A stretch of DNA of 64,000 nt from Candidatus Nealsonbacteria bacterium (GCA_047456305.1 CP179888.1:189307-253306), one strand, 5' to 3'; positions 50,594 through 60,149 are shown, counted from the stretch's first letter. Notes: a model not told the origin generated them from the letters alone. A program made the numbers and translations.

Positions 50594-51193
50594 CTATTCT
50601 TTTGTCTTTATCACTTCATCAATTATTCCGTATTCTTTTGCCTCTTCAGCTGACAAATAAAAATCTCGGTCAGTATCTTTTTCTACTTTTTCCAGAGGTT
50701 GACCGGTATGTTTGGCTAAGATTTTATTTAACTTGTCTTTTATTTTAATAATTTGTTTTGCCGTAATTTCAATCTCTACGGCCTCACCGGTAACTCCGCC
50801 AGCTACCTGATGAAGTAAAACTTCAGCATTGGGCAGGGCAAAACGTTTTCCCTTTTCTCCAGCAGATAGTAAAGTCGCCCCCATTGAACCTGCTAATCCA
50901 AAACAGACAGTAGAAATAGGGCATTTAACATATTGCATAGTATCGTAGACTGCTAAACCTGCAGTAACTGATCCTCCCGGGGTATTTATATAAAGCTGGA
51001 TGTCTTTATTAGGATTTTGGCTGGCCAAAAAAAGCATTTGGGCAATAGCCGAATTAGCCACAACATCAGTAATGGGACCTGCCAAAAAAATAATTCTTTC
51101 TTTTAAAAGTCGGGAATAAATATCATAGGCTCTCTCTCCATATTGAGATTTTTCGATGACGGTTGGAATTAAAACCATAAATTTATTTAACAA
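50594..51193 (-). CDS. clpP: ATP-dependent Clp protease proteolytic subunit ClpP
   Basis: 199 aa. '[15 protein letters not shown]', catalytic '[11 protein letters not shown]' (Ser), 'LLHQ' (His). Confidence 0.95.
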   Translation of the reverse strand: MLNKFMVLIPTVIEKSQYGERAYDIYSRLLKERIIFLAGPITDVVANSAIAQMLFLASQNPNKDIQLYINTPGGSVTAGLAVYDTMQYVKCPISTVCFGLAGSMGATLLSAGEKGKRFALPNAEVLLHQVAGGVTGEAVEIEITAKQIIKIKDKLNKILAKHTGQPLEKVEKDTDRDFYLSAEEAKEYGIIDEVIKTKE

Positions 51194-52049
51194 AATTTTC
51201 TAAAAATTGAAAAGTCTTTTTGTTTCTGATTACACTTTCACTATATTCTTTTAATTGATTTTGGTCAAGATCAGGATAAATTTTTGAAATTTTATCTATC
51301 TCTTCTTTTATTTCTTTCTCTGAAACCTCAATATTTTCTCTCCTTTCAATCTCTTTCAAGACCAAAGAGTTTTTGATTTTTCTTTGAGCTTCTGGCAAAA
51401 AAGAGTCCAATAATTCTTTTTCGGTCTTTTGTATTTTAGCCAAGTAATCCTCGAATTTAATCTGAAGTATTTGGGGAACTTGCTGTTTTAAACTCTCAAG
51501 CATTCGCTTTTTTTCTGATTCTACCAAAACTTCAGAAATCTCAATCTGAGAATTTTCAGCTATTTTATCTAAGATTTCCTGACGGACCCTTTCTTTTTCA
51601 ATCCTCTCTTTCTCTGTTCTTAATCTTTCGATTTCTTCTTTGGTAACTACAACTTCCCTTCTTTTAACTTGAGAAGCAATCTGTTTGTAATCTGGCAATT
51701 TGACTTCGGGCAAAACCGAAATTTTGGCCTTAAATTCAAAGGGGTTTCCAGGAGTTAATTTTAAAACTTCAATTTCAGGTTTAGAAATAGCTTCAATTTT
51801 ATTTTCCGAAATTGCCTTGAAGTAATTTTCTTTTATTGCTTGATTAGCAGCCTCTTCTAAAATTCTTCCCGGGCCAATTTCCTTTTCAACTATTTCCTTT
51901 GACACCTTACCTTTGCGAAATCCTTTAATTTCAAGCTCTTTACCCAAATCCAAAGTTGCCTTTTCAACAAAATTATTAAATTCTTCAACTGGAACCCTGA
52001 CTAAAATTTCAATTTGGGACTTTGGCAGTTTTTTAATTGAAGTTTCCAT
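51183..52049 (-). CDS. tig: trigger factor, short form apparently lacking the FKBP/PPIase domain
   Basis: 288 aa. N-terminal ribosome-binding domain with '[14 protein letters not shown]' (GFRxGxxP-like). It then runs directly into a helical C-domain-like region with no 'GD.v.iDf.G..dG' PPIase segment. tig-clpP synteny. Confidence 0.75.
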   Translation of the reverse strand: METSIKKLPKSQIEILVRVPVEEFNNFVEKATLDLGKELEIKGFRKGKVSKEIVEKEIGPGRILEEAANQAIKENYFKAISENKIEAISKPEIEVLKLTPGNPFEFKAKISVLPEVKLPDYKQIASQVKRREVVVTKEEIERLRTEKERIEKERVRQEILDKIAENSQIEISEVLVESEKKRMLESLKQQVPQILQIKFEDYLAKIQKTEKELLDSFLPEAQRKIKNSLVLKEIERRENIEVSEKEIKEEIDKISKIYPDLDQNQLKEYSESVIRNKKTFQFLENFVK

Positions 52050-52093
52050 TAATAGTGCCTAAGACCTTGCTAAGGCTTCTCTCTCTTTATTCT

Positions 52094-54076
52094 TTACAAG
52101 AAAAAAGGAAGAAAAATTAAAGAGATTATACCAATTAATTTTATTAAAATATTTAGAGAAGGACCGGCAGTGTCTTTAAGAGGGTCTCCAACTGTGTCGC
52201 CAATCACTGCCGCTTTATGAGCGTCGGAGCCCTTTCCTCCTAAATTACCAGCTTCAATGAATTTTTTAGCGTTATCCCAGGCTCCCCCGGCATTAGCCAT
52301 TAGCAAAGCCAATAAAAATCCAGTGATTAGACTGCCGGCCAAAACTCCCCCTAAGGCCTCGGTTCCTAAAATAACTCCTACTAAAATCGGAGTCAAAATA
52401 ACCAAAATCCCGGGTAAAATCATTTCTTTTAAGGAGTTTTTGGTGATTAAATCAACGCACCTGCCATAATCTGGCTCAATCCTCTCTTCCATTATTCCGG
52501 GAATTTCTCTAAATTGCCTTCTTACTTCTTTCACTACTGCCTGAGCCCCCCGACTTACTGCCTTTAGAGTTAAGGAACAAAATAAAAAAGAAAGCCCAGC
52601 TCCGATAAAAAGACCGGCAATTACTTTAGAATCTAAAAGACTAATTATTTGAAGATTGGCTACTTCAAAATAGGTACTCAGCCAGGCCAAGGCCACCAAG
52701 GCCGCTGACCCTATGGCAAACCCTTTTCCGGTAGCGGCAGTAGTGTTTCCCACCGCATCTAAAGCCTCTGTTCTCTGGCGAACTTCTTTTTCCAGTCCGG
52801 CCATCTCTGAAATCCCGGCAGCGTTATCAACAATGGGACCGTAGCAATCTGTAGATAAGTTTATTCCCAAAACTGCCAAAATTCCTACAGAAGCAATAGC
52901 GATTCCATATAGTCCAGCGAAATGATAAGCAATTATAGTGGCAATGGCTACTCCCAGCACTGGTAAAGCAACGCTTTTCATTCCCACTGCCAGCCCTTCA
53001 ATAATTACGGTCGGGGCTCCAATTTGAGAAGCCTTGGCAATGTCTTTTACAGGTTTCTTTTCCGCTGAAGTATAGTATTCAGTGCTTTTGCCAATCAAAA
53101 AGCCAACTCCCAGACCAGCCAAAAGCGCCCAGAATAGTCCAATCTCCTCAAAGAAATTTGAGATTATGAGGTAGGCAACCACAGCCATTAAAACGTTAGC
53201 CACAATCACCCCTCTTTCCATCGCTTTTCGGATTTGCTCAGTTTGTTCTGGAAATGGCTTTTTCTGGAGGTCTTTGGAAATTTTTACAAAAAAGCTACCA
53301 ATAATCGAACTCAAAATTCCAGCTGATGCTAAAATCAGCGGTAAAAAAAGACCTTTTTCTCCAAATGCCACCATTCCAATAACTATTGCCGCAATAATGG
53401 CTGAAACATAGGACTCAAAAAGGTCAGAACCCATTCCGGCAATATCTCCCACGTTGTCTCCAACATTGTCAGCAATTACTGCCGGGTTTCTGGGGTCATC
53501 TTCGGGAATTCCTTTCTCAATTTTTCCTACTAAATCTGCTCCCACATCAGCTGATTTAGTAAAAATCCCCCCTCCCACTCTCATAAAAAGGGCAACCAGA
53601 GAGGCACCGAAAGCATAGCGGAGTAAAAGATGAGTATCTTTAAACAAAAGCCAAATTACTGATATTCCCAATAACCCCAGACCAACTACCAAAAAACCCA
53701 TAACCTTTCCTCCAGAAAAAGCAATCTGAAAACTTTTTGGAAAATTCGTTCTGGCGGCATTAGCTACCCGGGAATTTGCCCGGGTGGAAATCATCATTCC
53801 AATAAAACCGGCCAAACTTGATACCCCTGCTCCAATTAAGAAAACAAAAGCTGCTGAAAAACTCCTTGTCATTAAACCAAGTAAAAGAGCAATCAAAACA
53901 AAAACCAGAGCCATTATTTTAAATTCCCTTTTTAAAAAAGCTCTCGCTCCTTCCCTAATGGACTGAGAAATTTTGACCATTTTCTCAGAACCAGCAGAGG
54001 CCTGATTTATCTTCCGAATCAAAAAGAGGACAAAAACTATAGTAAAAAGAGAAACAATGATGGAAAGATACAACAT
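52094..54076 (-). CDS. hppA: membrane-bound ion-translocating pyrophosphatase (H+/Na+-PPase)
   Basis: 660 aa with about 15 TM helices. Signature '[18 protein letters not shown]', '[21 protein letters not shown]', '[22 protein letters not shown]'. Confidence 0.95.
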   Translation of the reverse strand: MLYLSIIVSLFTIVFVLFLIRKINQASAGSEKMVKISQSIREGARAFLKREFKIMALVFVLIALLLGLMTRSFSAAFVFLIGAGVSSLAGFIGMMISTRANSRVANAARTNFPKSFQIAFSGGKVMGFLVVGLGLLGISVIWLLFKDTHLLLRYAFGASLVALFMRVGGGIFTKSADVGADLVGKIEKGIPEDDPRNPAVIADNVGDNVGDIAGMGSDLFESYVSAIIAAIVIGMVAFGEKGLFLPLILASAGILSSIIGSFFVKISKDLQKKPFPEQTEQIRKAMERGVIVANVLMAVVAYLIISNFFEEIGLFWALLAGLGVGFLIGKSTEYYTSAEKKPVKDIAKASQIGAPTVIIEGLAVGMKSVALPVLGVAIATIIAYHFAGLYGIAIASVGILAVLGINLSTDCYGPIVDNAAGISEMAGLEKEVRQRTEALDAVGNTTAATGKGFAIGSAALVALAWLSTYFEVANLQIISLLDSKVIAGLFIGAGLSFLFCSLTLKAVSRGAQAVVKEVRRQFREIPGIMEERIEPDYGRCVDLITKNSLKEMILPGILVILTPILVGVILGTEALGGVLAGSLITGFLLALLMANAGGAWDNAKKFIEAGNLGGKGSDAHKAAVIGDTVGDPLKDTAGPSLNILIKLIGIISLIFLPFFL

Positions 54077-54084
54077 AATATTGC

Positions 54085-55317
54085 TTATTTTTTAGCTGGT
54101 TTTTTCTTCTTGGTTTCTTTTTTTTCTTTAACCTTTGGCTCTTTCTCTTCTTTCTCGCCTTCCGGACTTCTGACATCAATCTTCCAGCCAGTTAGTTTGG
54201 CAGCCAATCTAACATTTTGGCCATCTCTGCCAATGGCTAAAGATAATTGCTCTTCAGGGACAATGGCTACCGCTTTATTTTTGGGCTCAATTTTAACTTC
54301 CAAAACTTTAGCCGGAGAGAGAGAGTTGGCAATGAATTTTTCTGGCTCTTCAGAATATTCAATAATATCTATTTTTTCTCCCCCGAGTTCTGAAATTACC
54401 GCTCCAACTCTGGTCCCTTTTTGGCCGACTGCTGACCCTATTGGATCAATTCCTTCAGTTTCAGAAAAAACCGCAATTTTTGACCGAGACCCAGCCTCCC
54501 TGGCAATCGACTTAATTAAAACTTGCCCGGTTGAAATTTCCGGAACTTCCAATTCAAAAAGTTTAGAAATTAGTTTAGGATAGGCCCTTGATAAAAGTAC
54601 TACCGGCCCTCTCGGGCTTTCTTCAACTTTTAGAATATAGACTTTAATTCTTTGGCCAGGCCGATAAAATTCTCCAGGAACCTGTTCTTCTCTTGGCAAT
54701 ATTCCCAAAGTTTTGCCAATATCTAAAAAGATGTTCCTTCCCTCGATTCTCTGAACAATTCCAGAGATTATTTCTCCTTGCTTTGACTTATATTCTCCAA
54801 AAATTGCCTCCCTTTCCGCCTCCCTAATTTTTTGTAAAATCACCTGTTTTGCTGTCTGGGCAGCAATCCGACCATAATCTTTATGAATCTCTAAAACCAT
54901 CTCTAATTCTTTCCCTGGTTTAATCTTTGGCTTTATTTTCTTTGCCTCTTTTACCATAATATGTTTTTCTGGATTAAAACGGAACTTTTCTTTAGCCGAT
55001 GGTTCTTTCTCAATCTTCTTTTTTCTAAGTTTGGGCGGCGGGTGGGTGGCGTCCAACTCTTCCTCAGAAAGAATCATTGAATCATCTACCACTAATTTTA
55101 CTTGCCAAAATTTAACTTCGCCTGATTCTAGGGAAATCTTAGCTCGAATGATCTGGCCTCTCTTTCCATAATCTTTTTTATAGGCAGCGGCATAAGCCTG
55201 CTCAATAGTTTCGATGACTTTTTCTTTAGAGATTCCTTTTTCCTCAGCAATCTGGGAAATTGCCAAAGTAAAACTTTTGAGATCTATGTCTTTATTTTGA
55301 GATGGGTTAGAAATCAT
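54085..55317 (-). CDS. nusA: transcription termination/antitermination factor NusA
   Basis: NusA N-domain, S1 domain ('GEIISGIVQRIEGRNIFLDIG'), two KH domains ('PIGSAVGQKGTRV', 'LAIGRDGQNVRLAAKLTGWKIDV') and a Lys-rich tail. ATG 55317 is preferred over the TTG at 55338. Confidence 0.9.
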   Translation of the reverse strand: MISNPSQNKDIDLKSFTLAISQIAEEKGISKEKVIETIEQAYAAAYKKDYGKRGQIIRAKISLESGEVKFWQVKLVVDDSMILSEEELDATHPPPKLRKKKIEKEPSAKEKFRFNPEKHIMVKEAKKIKPKIKPGKELEMVLEIHKDYGRIAAQTAKQVILQKIREAEREAIFGEYKSKQGEIISGIVQRIEGRNIFLDIGKTLGILPREEQVPGEFYRPGQRIKVYILKVEESPRGPVVLLSRAYPKLISKLFELEVPEISTGQVLIKSIAREAGSRSKIAVFSETEGIDPIGSAVGQKGTRVGAVISELGGEKIDIIEYSEEPEKFIANSLSPAKVLEVKIEPKNKAVAIVPEEQLSLAIGRDGQNVRLAAKLTGWKIDVRSPEGEKEEKEPKVKEKKETKKKKPAKK

Positions 55318-55371
55318 AAAAATAATGTCCGTTTCCAACGGACAGAAATTCTAAATTTATCAACTATTTTT

Positions 55372-55400
55372 AGTTTAAAAAAAGAAAATCTTATTGTCAA
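55372..55400 (-). promoter_or_regulatory. sigma70-like promoter upstream of nusA
   Basis: The minus strand reads TTGACA, 17 nt, TAAACT. Confidence 0.5.
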
Positions 55401-55466
55401 GCCCGCCCAAGTTTTTGGACTATGTATTATTTGAACCAAGGGCTCCTATCCAAAAATTTGGGAGGG

Positions 55467-55865
55467 TCAAGCCCCGATCGCATTCTGAATATGGCGAATT
55501 TTAGCTTTCTTTGACTTTAAATCAATTTTAATTGCCACTACATCAATTTGCCATTTAGATTCCAGAGGAATTTTCTTTTCTGAAAGCCAATCTTGGGTTA
55601 TTTTTATTAATTGTTTTTGCTTCTGAAAGTTAACCTTTTCTTCGGGTGAAATTACAGAGGGCTGTTCTCTGTCACTTTCAGTCAAAGTTTTCACCTCGAT
55701 AAAATAGATGACATCATCTTTCTTAGCTACAATATCAATCTCTCCCTTTTGAGGTCCCTGAATCCATTTTCTGGAATAATTCTTATCTAAAATTTTATAT
55801 CCTTTATTTTTTAAATAATAACAGGCGATATTCTCACCAAAATTTCCTAATTGCTTTGGATTCAT
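55467..55865 (-). CDS. YraN-family (UPF0102) endonuclease-like protein
   Basis: 'GNFGENIACYYLKNKGYKILDKNY ... GEIDIVAKKDDVIYFIEVK'. ATG 55865 is preferred. The ORF-track extension to 55928 is encoded by the GC-rich dispersed element. Confidence 0.75.
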   Translation of the reverse strand: MNPKQLGNFGENIACYYLKNKGYKILDKNYSRKWIQGPQKGEIDIVAKKDDVIYFIEVKTLTESDREQPSVISPEEKVNFQKQKQLIKITQDWLSEKKIPLESKWQIDVVAIKIDLKSKKAKIRHIQNAIGA

Positions 55866-55876
55866 AATGGGGTGGA

Positions 55877-56003
55877 CTATTCTTAAATTAGCTCGAACAT
55901 TTTTCGCCGCCTGCGGCGGCGAAAGCAAGCCCCCGTGATTTGCGGCTCGCCCGCAAGCGGGCTCGCCGCGTTCTTTGACAATTTCAAGTTTTTCTTTGGC
56001 AGT
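55877..56003 (-). repeat. ~125-nt GC-rich dispersed element (copy B, degenerate terminal box)
   Basis: The reverse complement is collinear with 4622-4739 (see that feature). It ends about 10 nt upstream of the yraN-like ATG. Confidence 0.8.
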
Positions 56004-56006
56004 AAT

Positions 56007-56630
56007 TTACTCTGAAAATCTAAAAGTAGAAATTATTTGATCAATTATTAAAAGATTCTCATTAAATTCCTCTCTTTCTTCTTCTACCTCAAAACCGAAC
56101 ATATAAAATAGATTATCTGTTGGTAAAAGCCAAGCACCATCCTTTTTATAAATTATAACACCATTTCCCTCAAAACTTTTTTCTTGAAAAATAACCTTCG
56201 AGGCCTCTAATCCTCCTATTTGCCCTGTTTCTGTTTTTATTTCATTCCCCATTATTCCCATCATCTCTTTCATTTCTGACATCGCTTTTTCCCCTGGGTC
56301 AAGGGCATTTATTATAATCTCAGCAGAATGAAAAGCATCGATATGCTTTATAAGCCTTACATCCCTCAAACTCACTTCTCCTGACTCAACCTGCCAACCA
56401 AATTCAGGATCCCAAGATGTTAATTCCCAATCTTTTGGATATTTTATTTCATATCCATACTCTTCATTCTTATAAATCTTCCAATCAGCGGTTTCATCTC
56501 CAATTATTTCTTCTGAAACTTCGGCTTTCTTTTCGGGGAACCAAAAATACTGCCAAGTCAAAATTCCTCCAGCAATAAAGGCAGTAAGAATAACTATAAT
56601 CCAGATTTTAGAAAAAGCTCGATTGTCCAT
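56007..56630 (-). CDS. membrane-anchored secreted protein of unknown function (paralog of 60224-60868)
   Basis: 207 aa. N-terminal TM helix. Shared motifs 'ET.DWK.Y.NE.YG.EIKYP.DW' and C-terminal 'I(I/L)STFRF(S/I)E'. Confidence 0.5.
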   Translation of the reverse strand: MDNRAFSKIWIIVILTAFIAGGILTWQYFWFPEKKAEVSEEIIGDETADWKIYKNEEYGYEIKYPKDWELTSWDPEFGWQVESGEVSLRDVRLIKHIDAFHSAEIIINALDPGEKAMSEMKEMMGIMGNEIKTETGQIGGLEASKVIFQEKSFEGNGVIIYKKDGAWLLPTDNLFYMFGFEVEEEREEFNENLLIIDQIISTFRFSE

Positions 56631-56777
56631 ATTTTTGTTCAGTAATTTTTAACTTTTATGAAAAATTTTCTTTTATTAGAACAAAACCAAAAATTGATTT
56701 TTTCTTTCAAAACTCCGTTCAATTTTGCCGCCGAGCCGCCACGCGGCGAGGCGGAAAGGTTGACATATCCGAAAGTG

Positions 56778-56848
56778 TGGACCCGGGCAGATTTGAACTG
56801 CCGTTTCTACAATGCGAATGTAGCGTTCTTCCACTGAACTACAGGCCC
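56778..56848 (-). tRNA. tRNA-Ala(CGC)
   Basis: 71 nt. Acceptor GGGCCTG/CGGGTCC with G3:U70, anticodon stem CTACA/TGTAG, loop TTCGCAT, T-arm GGCAG-TTCAAAT-CTGCC. Confidence 0.8.
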
Positions 56849-56879
56849 CGTAGAAGAATTTCGAAATTCTTCTACGGGG
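56846..56879. repeat. 34-nt perfect palindrome between two tRNA genes
   Basis: CCCCGTAGAAGAATTTCGAAATTCTTCTACGGGG. Its last three bases on the minus strand are the first three G of tRNA-Ala(CGC). Confidence 0.95.
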
Positions 56880-56888
56880 CAGACCCGG

Positions 56889-56959
56889 TCGGGACGCTGG
56901 GAATCGAACCCAGTCTACATCCTCCCGAAGGATGTGTACTACCGGTATACTACGTCCCG
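56889..56959 (-). tRNA. tRNA-Pro(CGG)
   Basis: 71 nt. Acceptor CGGGACG/CGTCCCG, anticodon stem CATCC/GGATG, loop TTCGGGA, T-arm CTGGG-TTCGATT-CCCAG. Confidence 0.85.
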
Positions 56960-56997
56960 ATTAATATTTACGAGCGAGGGAAGCAATTTTTATGGAC

Positions 56998-57108
56998 CAT
57001 CCGCAGCGAGTTGGCATGGTCTCGCCGCGAAGCGGCGAGCAACTCGCGAGGAACTGAGCTTGCTTCTCGCTGGGAAGCAGAGCGTGTCCTAAAAATTGTC
57101 TTCCCGAG
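56998..57108 (+). repeat. ~110-nt GC-rich nested-hairpin element (copy Y)
   Basis: GCGAGTTG-GCATGGT-CTCGCCGC-GAA-GCGGCGAG-CAACTCGC ... CTCGCTGGG ... CCGAGC. Homologous to 38892-39018. Confidence 0.8.
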
Positions 57109-58590
57109 CTAAGTTACCCAATACTTTTGCTTTGTCATCTTATCTTTTTTCATTTCAATTTTTTCTCTTTCTTCTCTTGATTTTTGAGCTTTCTCTTTTA
57201 ATTTCTCATCTGATAATTTAGCTAATTTCTTAACTTCTTTCTCTAAAAAATCTTTTTTATTTTTCTTTGGGTCCTCTAAGACACAGGACAGCAAGACATC
57301 TAAAATTTGTCCTACCTTAGGCCCTGGCTGAATATCTAAAGTCCTCACCACACCATTTCCCCCAACTTTAAGCATCTTTACTGAAATTGGATCCTGGGAA
57401 ACTTTCTCAATAACATATCTTAAGTGTCTTAATTTATAGGGTTCGGCTTTTGGACAACCAGAACCAATTCGATCAGCCATCCTCACCTGCAATAATTCTT
57501 CCATATTTTCTGGTCCAACCTGACGAACCAATCTTCTGACCGAACTCTTTCCCACCTCATCCGGATGATAATAGAAAAGATGATATCTGACAAGTTTGGC
57601 AATTTTTTCAATATCTTTTTTGGAAAATTTTAAGCGATTTAATATCTGCAAAGTCATTTTTGCTCCTAAAATTTCATGGCCATAAAAAGTGGCATTTAGT
57701 CCCTTGCCTCTTTTAGCCCGGGGTTTGGCAATATCATGGAATAAACTGGCCAATCTGACATGTTTATTAAAATCCCGTTTAGCTGCATATTTTAAAGACA
57801 AAAGGCTATGCTCATAGCAATCATAAATATGATGCTTATTTTGAGTTACCTTATAGCCCTCTTCCAATTCAGGGATAATATATTTTAAAAGGGAAAGTTC
57901 TCTCAAGAGCTCTAGACCATTGGCTGCTTTTTCAGTCATAATAATCTTTAAAAATTCATCTCTAATTCTCTCTTTAGAAATTGCCTGAAGCCAGGGAGCA
58001 TTTTTTTTAATAGCTTGAGCGGTTTTTGGTTCAATCTTCCATCCTTCAACCAGGGTTACCGAAAACCTTACCGCTCGCATCATCCGTAGGGCATCTTCTG
58101 AAAATCTTTCTTCAGGATTGCCCACCGCTTGAATAATCTTATTTTCTAAATCTTTTCTTCCTTTAAAAGGGTCGATAATTTCGTAATTTTTGATTTTTCC
58201 TTTTTCCTTTTTGATTTCCGTCAATGCAATAGCATTGACCGTAAAATCTCTTCTAGCTAAATCTTCTTCTATGGTTTTAGCCCAACGAATTTTATCAGGA
58301 TGTCTTTTATCTGTATATTTCTCATCAATTCTATAAGGAGTAATCTCAATTTCTTTTAATTTTTGGTTTTCACTGCCTGTTAAAACAGTAACAGTACCAA
58401 ATTTGTTATCACTAAAACTCCTCAAAAAAATCTTTCCAATTTCTCCGGGTTTAGCATTAGTGGCTACATCCCAATCTTCTGGTGTAACTCCCAAAAGTAA
58501 ATCCCGAACACAGCCTCCAACAATATAGGCCTCAAAACCAGCTTTTTTTAATTGGTCAATTACAAATTTTACTTCTTTTGGTATTTGCAT
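57109..58590 (-). CDS. cca: CCA-adding tRNA nucleotidyltransferase (class II, with HD domain)
   Basis: 493 aa. 'YIVGGCVRDLLLG', 'DWDVAT', 'RDFTVNAIA', 'EDALRMMRAVRF', and HD 'LFHDIAKP'. Consistent with most tRNA genes in the window lacking an encoded CCA. Confidence 0.85.
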   Translation of the reverse strand: MQIPKEVKFVIDQLKKAGFEAYIVGGCVRDLLLGVTPEDWDVATNAKPGEIGKIFLRSFSDNKFGTVTVLTGSENQKLKEIEITPYRIDEKYTDKRHPDKIRWAKTIEEDLARRDFTVNAIALTEIKKEKGKIKNYEIIDPFKGRKDLENKIIQAVGNPEERFSEDALRMMRAVRFSVTLVEGWKIEPKTAQAIKKNAPWLQAISKERIRDEFLKIIMTEKAANGLELLRELSLLKYIIPELEEGYKVTQNKHHIYDCYEHSLLSLKYAAKRDFNKHVRLASLFHDIAKPRAKRGKGLNATFYGHEILGAKMTLQILNRLKFSKKDIEKIAKLVRYHLFYYHPDEVGKSSVRRLVRQVGPENMEELLQVRMADRIGSGCPKAEPYKLRHLRYVIEKVSQDPISVKMLKVGGNGVVRTLDIQPGPKVGQILDVLLSCVLEDPKKNKKDFLEKEVKKLAKLSDEKLKEKAQKSREEREKIEMKKDKMTKQKYWVT

Positions 58591-58612
58591 AGCTTTATTT
58601 TAACCCAGAGTC

Positions 58613-58640
58613 TTGAATTTTTCAATTGTTTTGCTAAAAT
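58613..58640 (+). promoter_or_regulatory. sigma70-like promoter for tRNA-Arg(UCG) and downstream pilin-like gene
   Basis: TTGAAT, 16 nt, TAAAAT. The predicted +1 is about 2 nt before the tRNA 5' end. Confidence 0.55.
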
Positions 58641-58648
58641 GTTAATAA

Positions 58649-58724
58649 GCCCCCGTAGCTCAATTGGATAGAGCTCTAGTCTTCGGAACTAGGTATTGTG
58701 AGGGTCCGAGTCCTTCCGGGGGCA
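58649..58724 (+). tRNA. tRNA-Arg(UCG)
   Basis: Acceptor GCCCCCG/CGGGGGC, anticodon stem CTAGT/ACTAG, loop CTTCGGA, T-arm GAGGG-TCCGAGT-CCTTC. The variable region looks 7 nt long in my fold, so the ends are +/- 2 nt. Confidence 0.75.
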
Positions 58725-58730
58725 CCCAAT

Positions 58731-59273
58731 ATGAAAAATGAAAAATTAAAAATATTATTTTCAATAACTTTTTTAGGAAGCTTGCTTTTTGCTCCTTTGA
58801 TTTCTTTAGCTGCTGGAATCTATCAAGTTAGTCCTTATCCTGGTACTTACTATGGGAGTATGGATATTTGCTATGAAGGATTAGTTCCTTGTGGACAGGG
58901 AAAGCCTTATTGGAAGAATGGAACGATTGTAGGCGGAAAGTGTCAAGGTAACAAAGTAGATGAAGGAATGCCCTGCCAGTTCTGTCATTTCTTTGTGATG
59001 TTTAGAGGTATTTTAGATTTTATTCTGAAACTGGTTATCGTAATCGGGGTTTTAATGCTTACCATTGGCGGGTTTATGTTCCTTTTTGCCGGAGGAAGTC
59101 CAAAAACACTAGATTTAGCAAAAAGAATATTAACTTCGACGGTTATAGGTCTGGCCATAATCTTTGGCGCCTGGTTGATTATCAATACGATTTTTATGGC
59201 TATTGGAGTAGCTGGTTGGACTGGCTTAAGAGAGGGCTGGTTTTCAATTGAATGTGCGATAAAACTACCATAA
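58731..59273 (+). CDS. VirB2/TrbC-like (T4SS-pilin-like) secreted membrane protein with Cys-rich insert
   Basis: Signal peptide ending 'SLAAG', a Cys-rich domain (CYEGLVPCGQG...CQG...CQFCHF), then two TM helices joined by 'FLFAGGSPKTLDLAKR'. ATG 58731 is preferred because the ORF-track start overlaps the tRNA. Confidence 0.55.
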   Translation: MKNEKLKILFSITFLGSLLFAPLISLAAGIYQVSPYPGTYYGSMDICYEGLVPCGQGKPYWKNGTIVGGKCQGNKVDEGMPCQFCHFFVMFRGILDFILKLVIVIGVLMLTIGGFMFLFAGGSPKTLDLAKRILTSTVIGLAIIFGAWLIINTIFMAIGVAGWTGLREGWFSIECAIKLP

Positions 59274-59276
59274 ATT

Positions 59277-59304
59277 GCCCCGCTAGCTCAATTGGTAGAG
59301 CAGG
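59277..59304 (+). pseudogene. tRNA 5'-half relic (acceptor 5' strand plus complete D-arm only)
   Basis: GCCCCGC-TA-GCTC-AATTGGTA-GAGC-AGG, after which the sequence becomes the A-rich leader of the next ORF. No matching 3' half (GCGGGGC) follows. Confidence 0.6.
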
Positions 59305-59316
59305 AAATAAAAAATA

Positions 59317-60075
59317 ATGACCCAAAAAGACAAAGTAAAATATTCAAAATTAAAAGCAGAAGCGATTCAACTCCGGAAAAAAGGATTAAGCTATAACGAA
59401 ATTAAAAAAGAAATAAATGTATCCAAAAGCACTTTAAGCCTTTGGCTGAAAACTATTCCCTTAACCCCTGAATTAAAGAAACGATTTTATACTGCACGAA
59501 TTTTAAATTTGGCTAGAGGTCCTCAAAGTCAAAAAGAAAGAAGACTTCGAGAAATCACTAAAATTATTAACGAAGCAGAGAAAGAGATTGAACTTCCTCT
59601 CTCCCTTAAAACTTACCGTCTTTTAGGGACAGCATTGTATTGGGCCGAAGGAAATAAAACTAAAGGCTTTGAAGTTACAAATTCTGACCCTCATTTTATA
59701 CTTTTTATGGTCCGTTGGTTTGAAAAAGTGTTCAGGATTTCTCCTGAGAAATTAAAAGCGAGCTTAAATATTTATCCTCAGCAGAACGAACAAAAAATAA
59801 AAAAATTCTGGTCCCAATTAACAAACGTTCCTCTTGAGAATTTTAATAAAAGTTTTGTAAAACCACCAAATAGAGGTTATAAGAAAAACAATCTTTATTA
59901 CGGAACAATAAAAATTAGAGTTCCAAAAGGAACTGATACGCGCCATCGAGTTTTTGGATGGATAAAAAAAGTTTTGAAAGATATCACTCCGAAAGTAGAA
60001 TTAGTTGAAAAAGAATGGAAATCACTTAAAGAAACTCCTCGTCCAGCTAATATTCCAGAAAATATTGAAATTTAA
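59317..60075 (+). CDS. HTH plus degenerate LAGLIDADG-like putative homing endonuclease
   Basis: 252 aa. N-terminal resolvase-type HTH 'LSYNEIKKEINVSKSTLSLWLK' and a single LAGLIDADG-like motif 'LLGTALYWAEGNKTK'. Lies between the tRNA relic and tRNA-Lys. The family call is tentative. Confidence 0.45.
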   Translation: MTQKDKVKYSKLKAEAIQLRKKGLSYNEIKKEINVSKSTLSLWLKTIPLTPELKKRFYTARILNLARGPQSQKERRLREITKIINEAEKEIELPLSLKTYRLLGTALYWAEGNKTKGFEVTNSDPHFILFMVRWFEKVFRISPEKLKASLNIYPQQNEQKIKKFWSQLTNVPLENFNKSFVKPPNRGYKKNNLYYGTIKIRVPKGTDTRHRVFGWIKKVLKDITPKVELVEKEWKSLKETPRPANIPENIEI

Positions 60076-60077
60076 AG

Positions 60078-60149
60078 GCCCCCATAACTCAATTGGCAGA
60101 GTAGCGGACTCTTAATCCGTAAATCCAGGTTCGAGTCCTGGTGGGGGCA
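60078..60149 (+). tRNA. tRNA-Lys(CUU)
   Basis: 72 nt starting 2 nt after the preceding stop codon. Acceptor GCCCCCA/TGGGGGC, anticodon stem GCGGA/TCCGT, loop CTCTTAA, T-arm CCAGG-TTCGAGT-CCTGG. Confidence 0.85.

Noticed and set aside
54110-54583. 157-aa ORF antisense to nusA, and similar antisense ORFs inside gyrA, valS, recG, hppA, pilB, rny and the giant gene
   Set aside because: These are shadow ORFs opposite strongly supported genes, with low-complexity Ser/Leu/Phe-rich translations.
56777-57112. 111-aa plus-strand ORF
   Set aside because: It covers tRNA-Ala(CGC), the 34-nt palindrome, tRNA-Pro(CGG) and the nested-hairpin repeat. It is open only because the region is GC-rich.
59277-60149. 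tRNA interrupted by an ORF-containing group I intron
   Set aside because: The downstream tRNA-Lys(CUU) is complete on its own, and its acceptor 3' strand (TGGGGGC) cannot pair with the relic 5' strand (GCCCCGC). I could not see a conserved intron core by eye.
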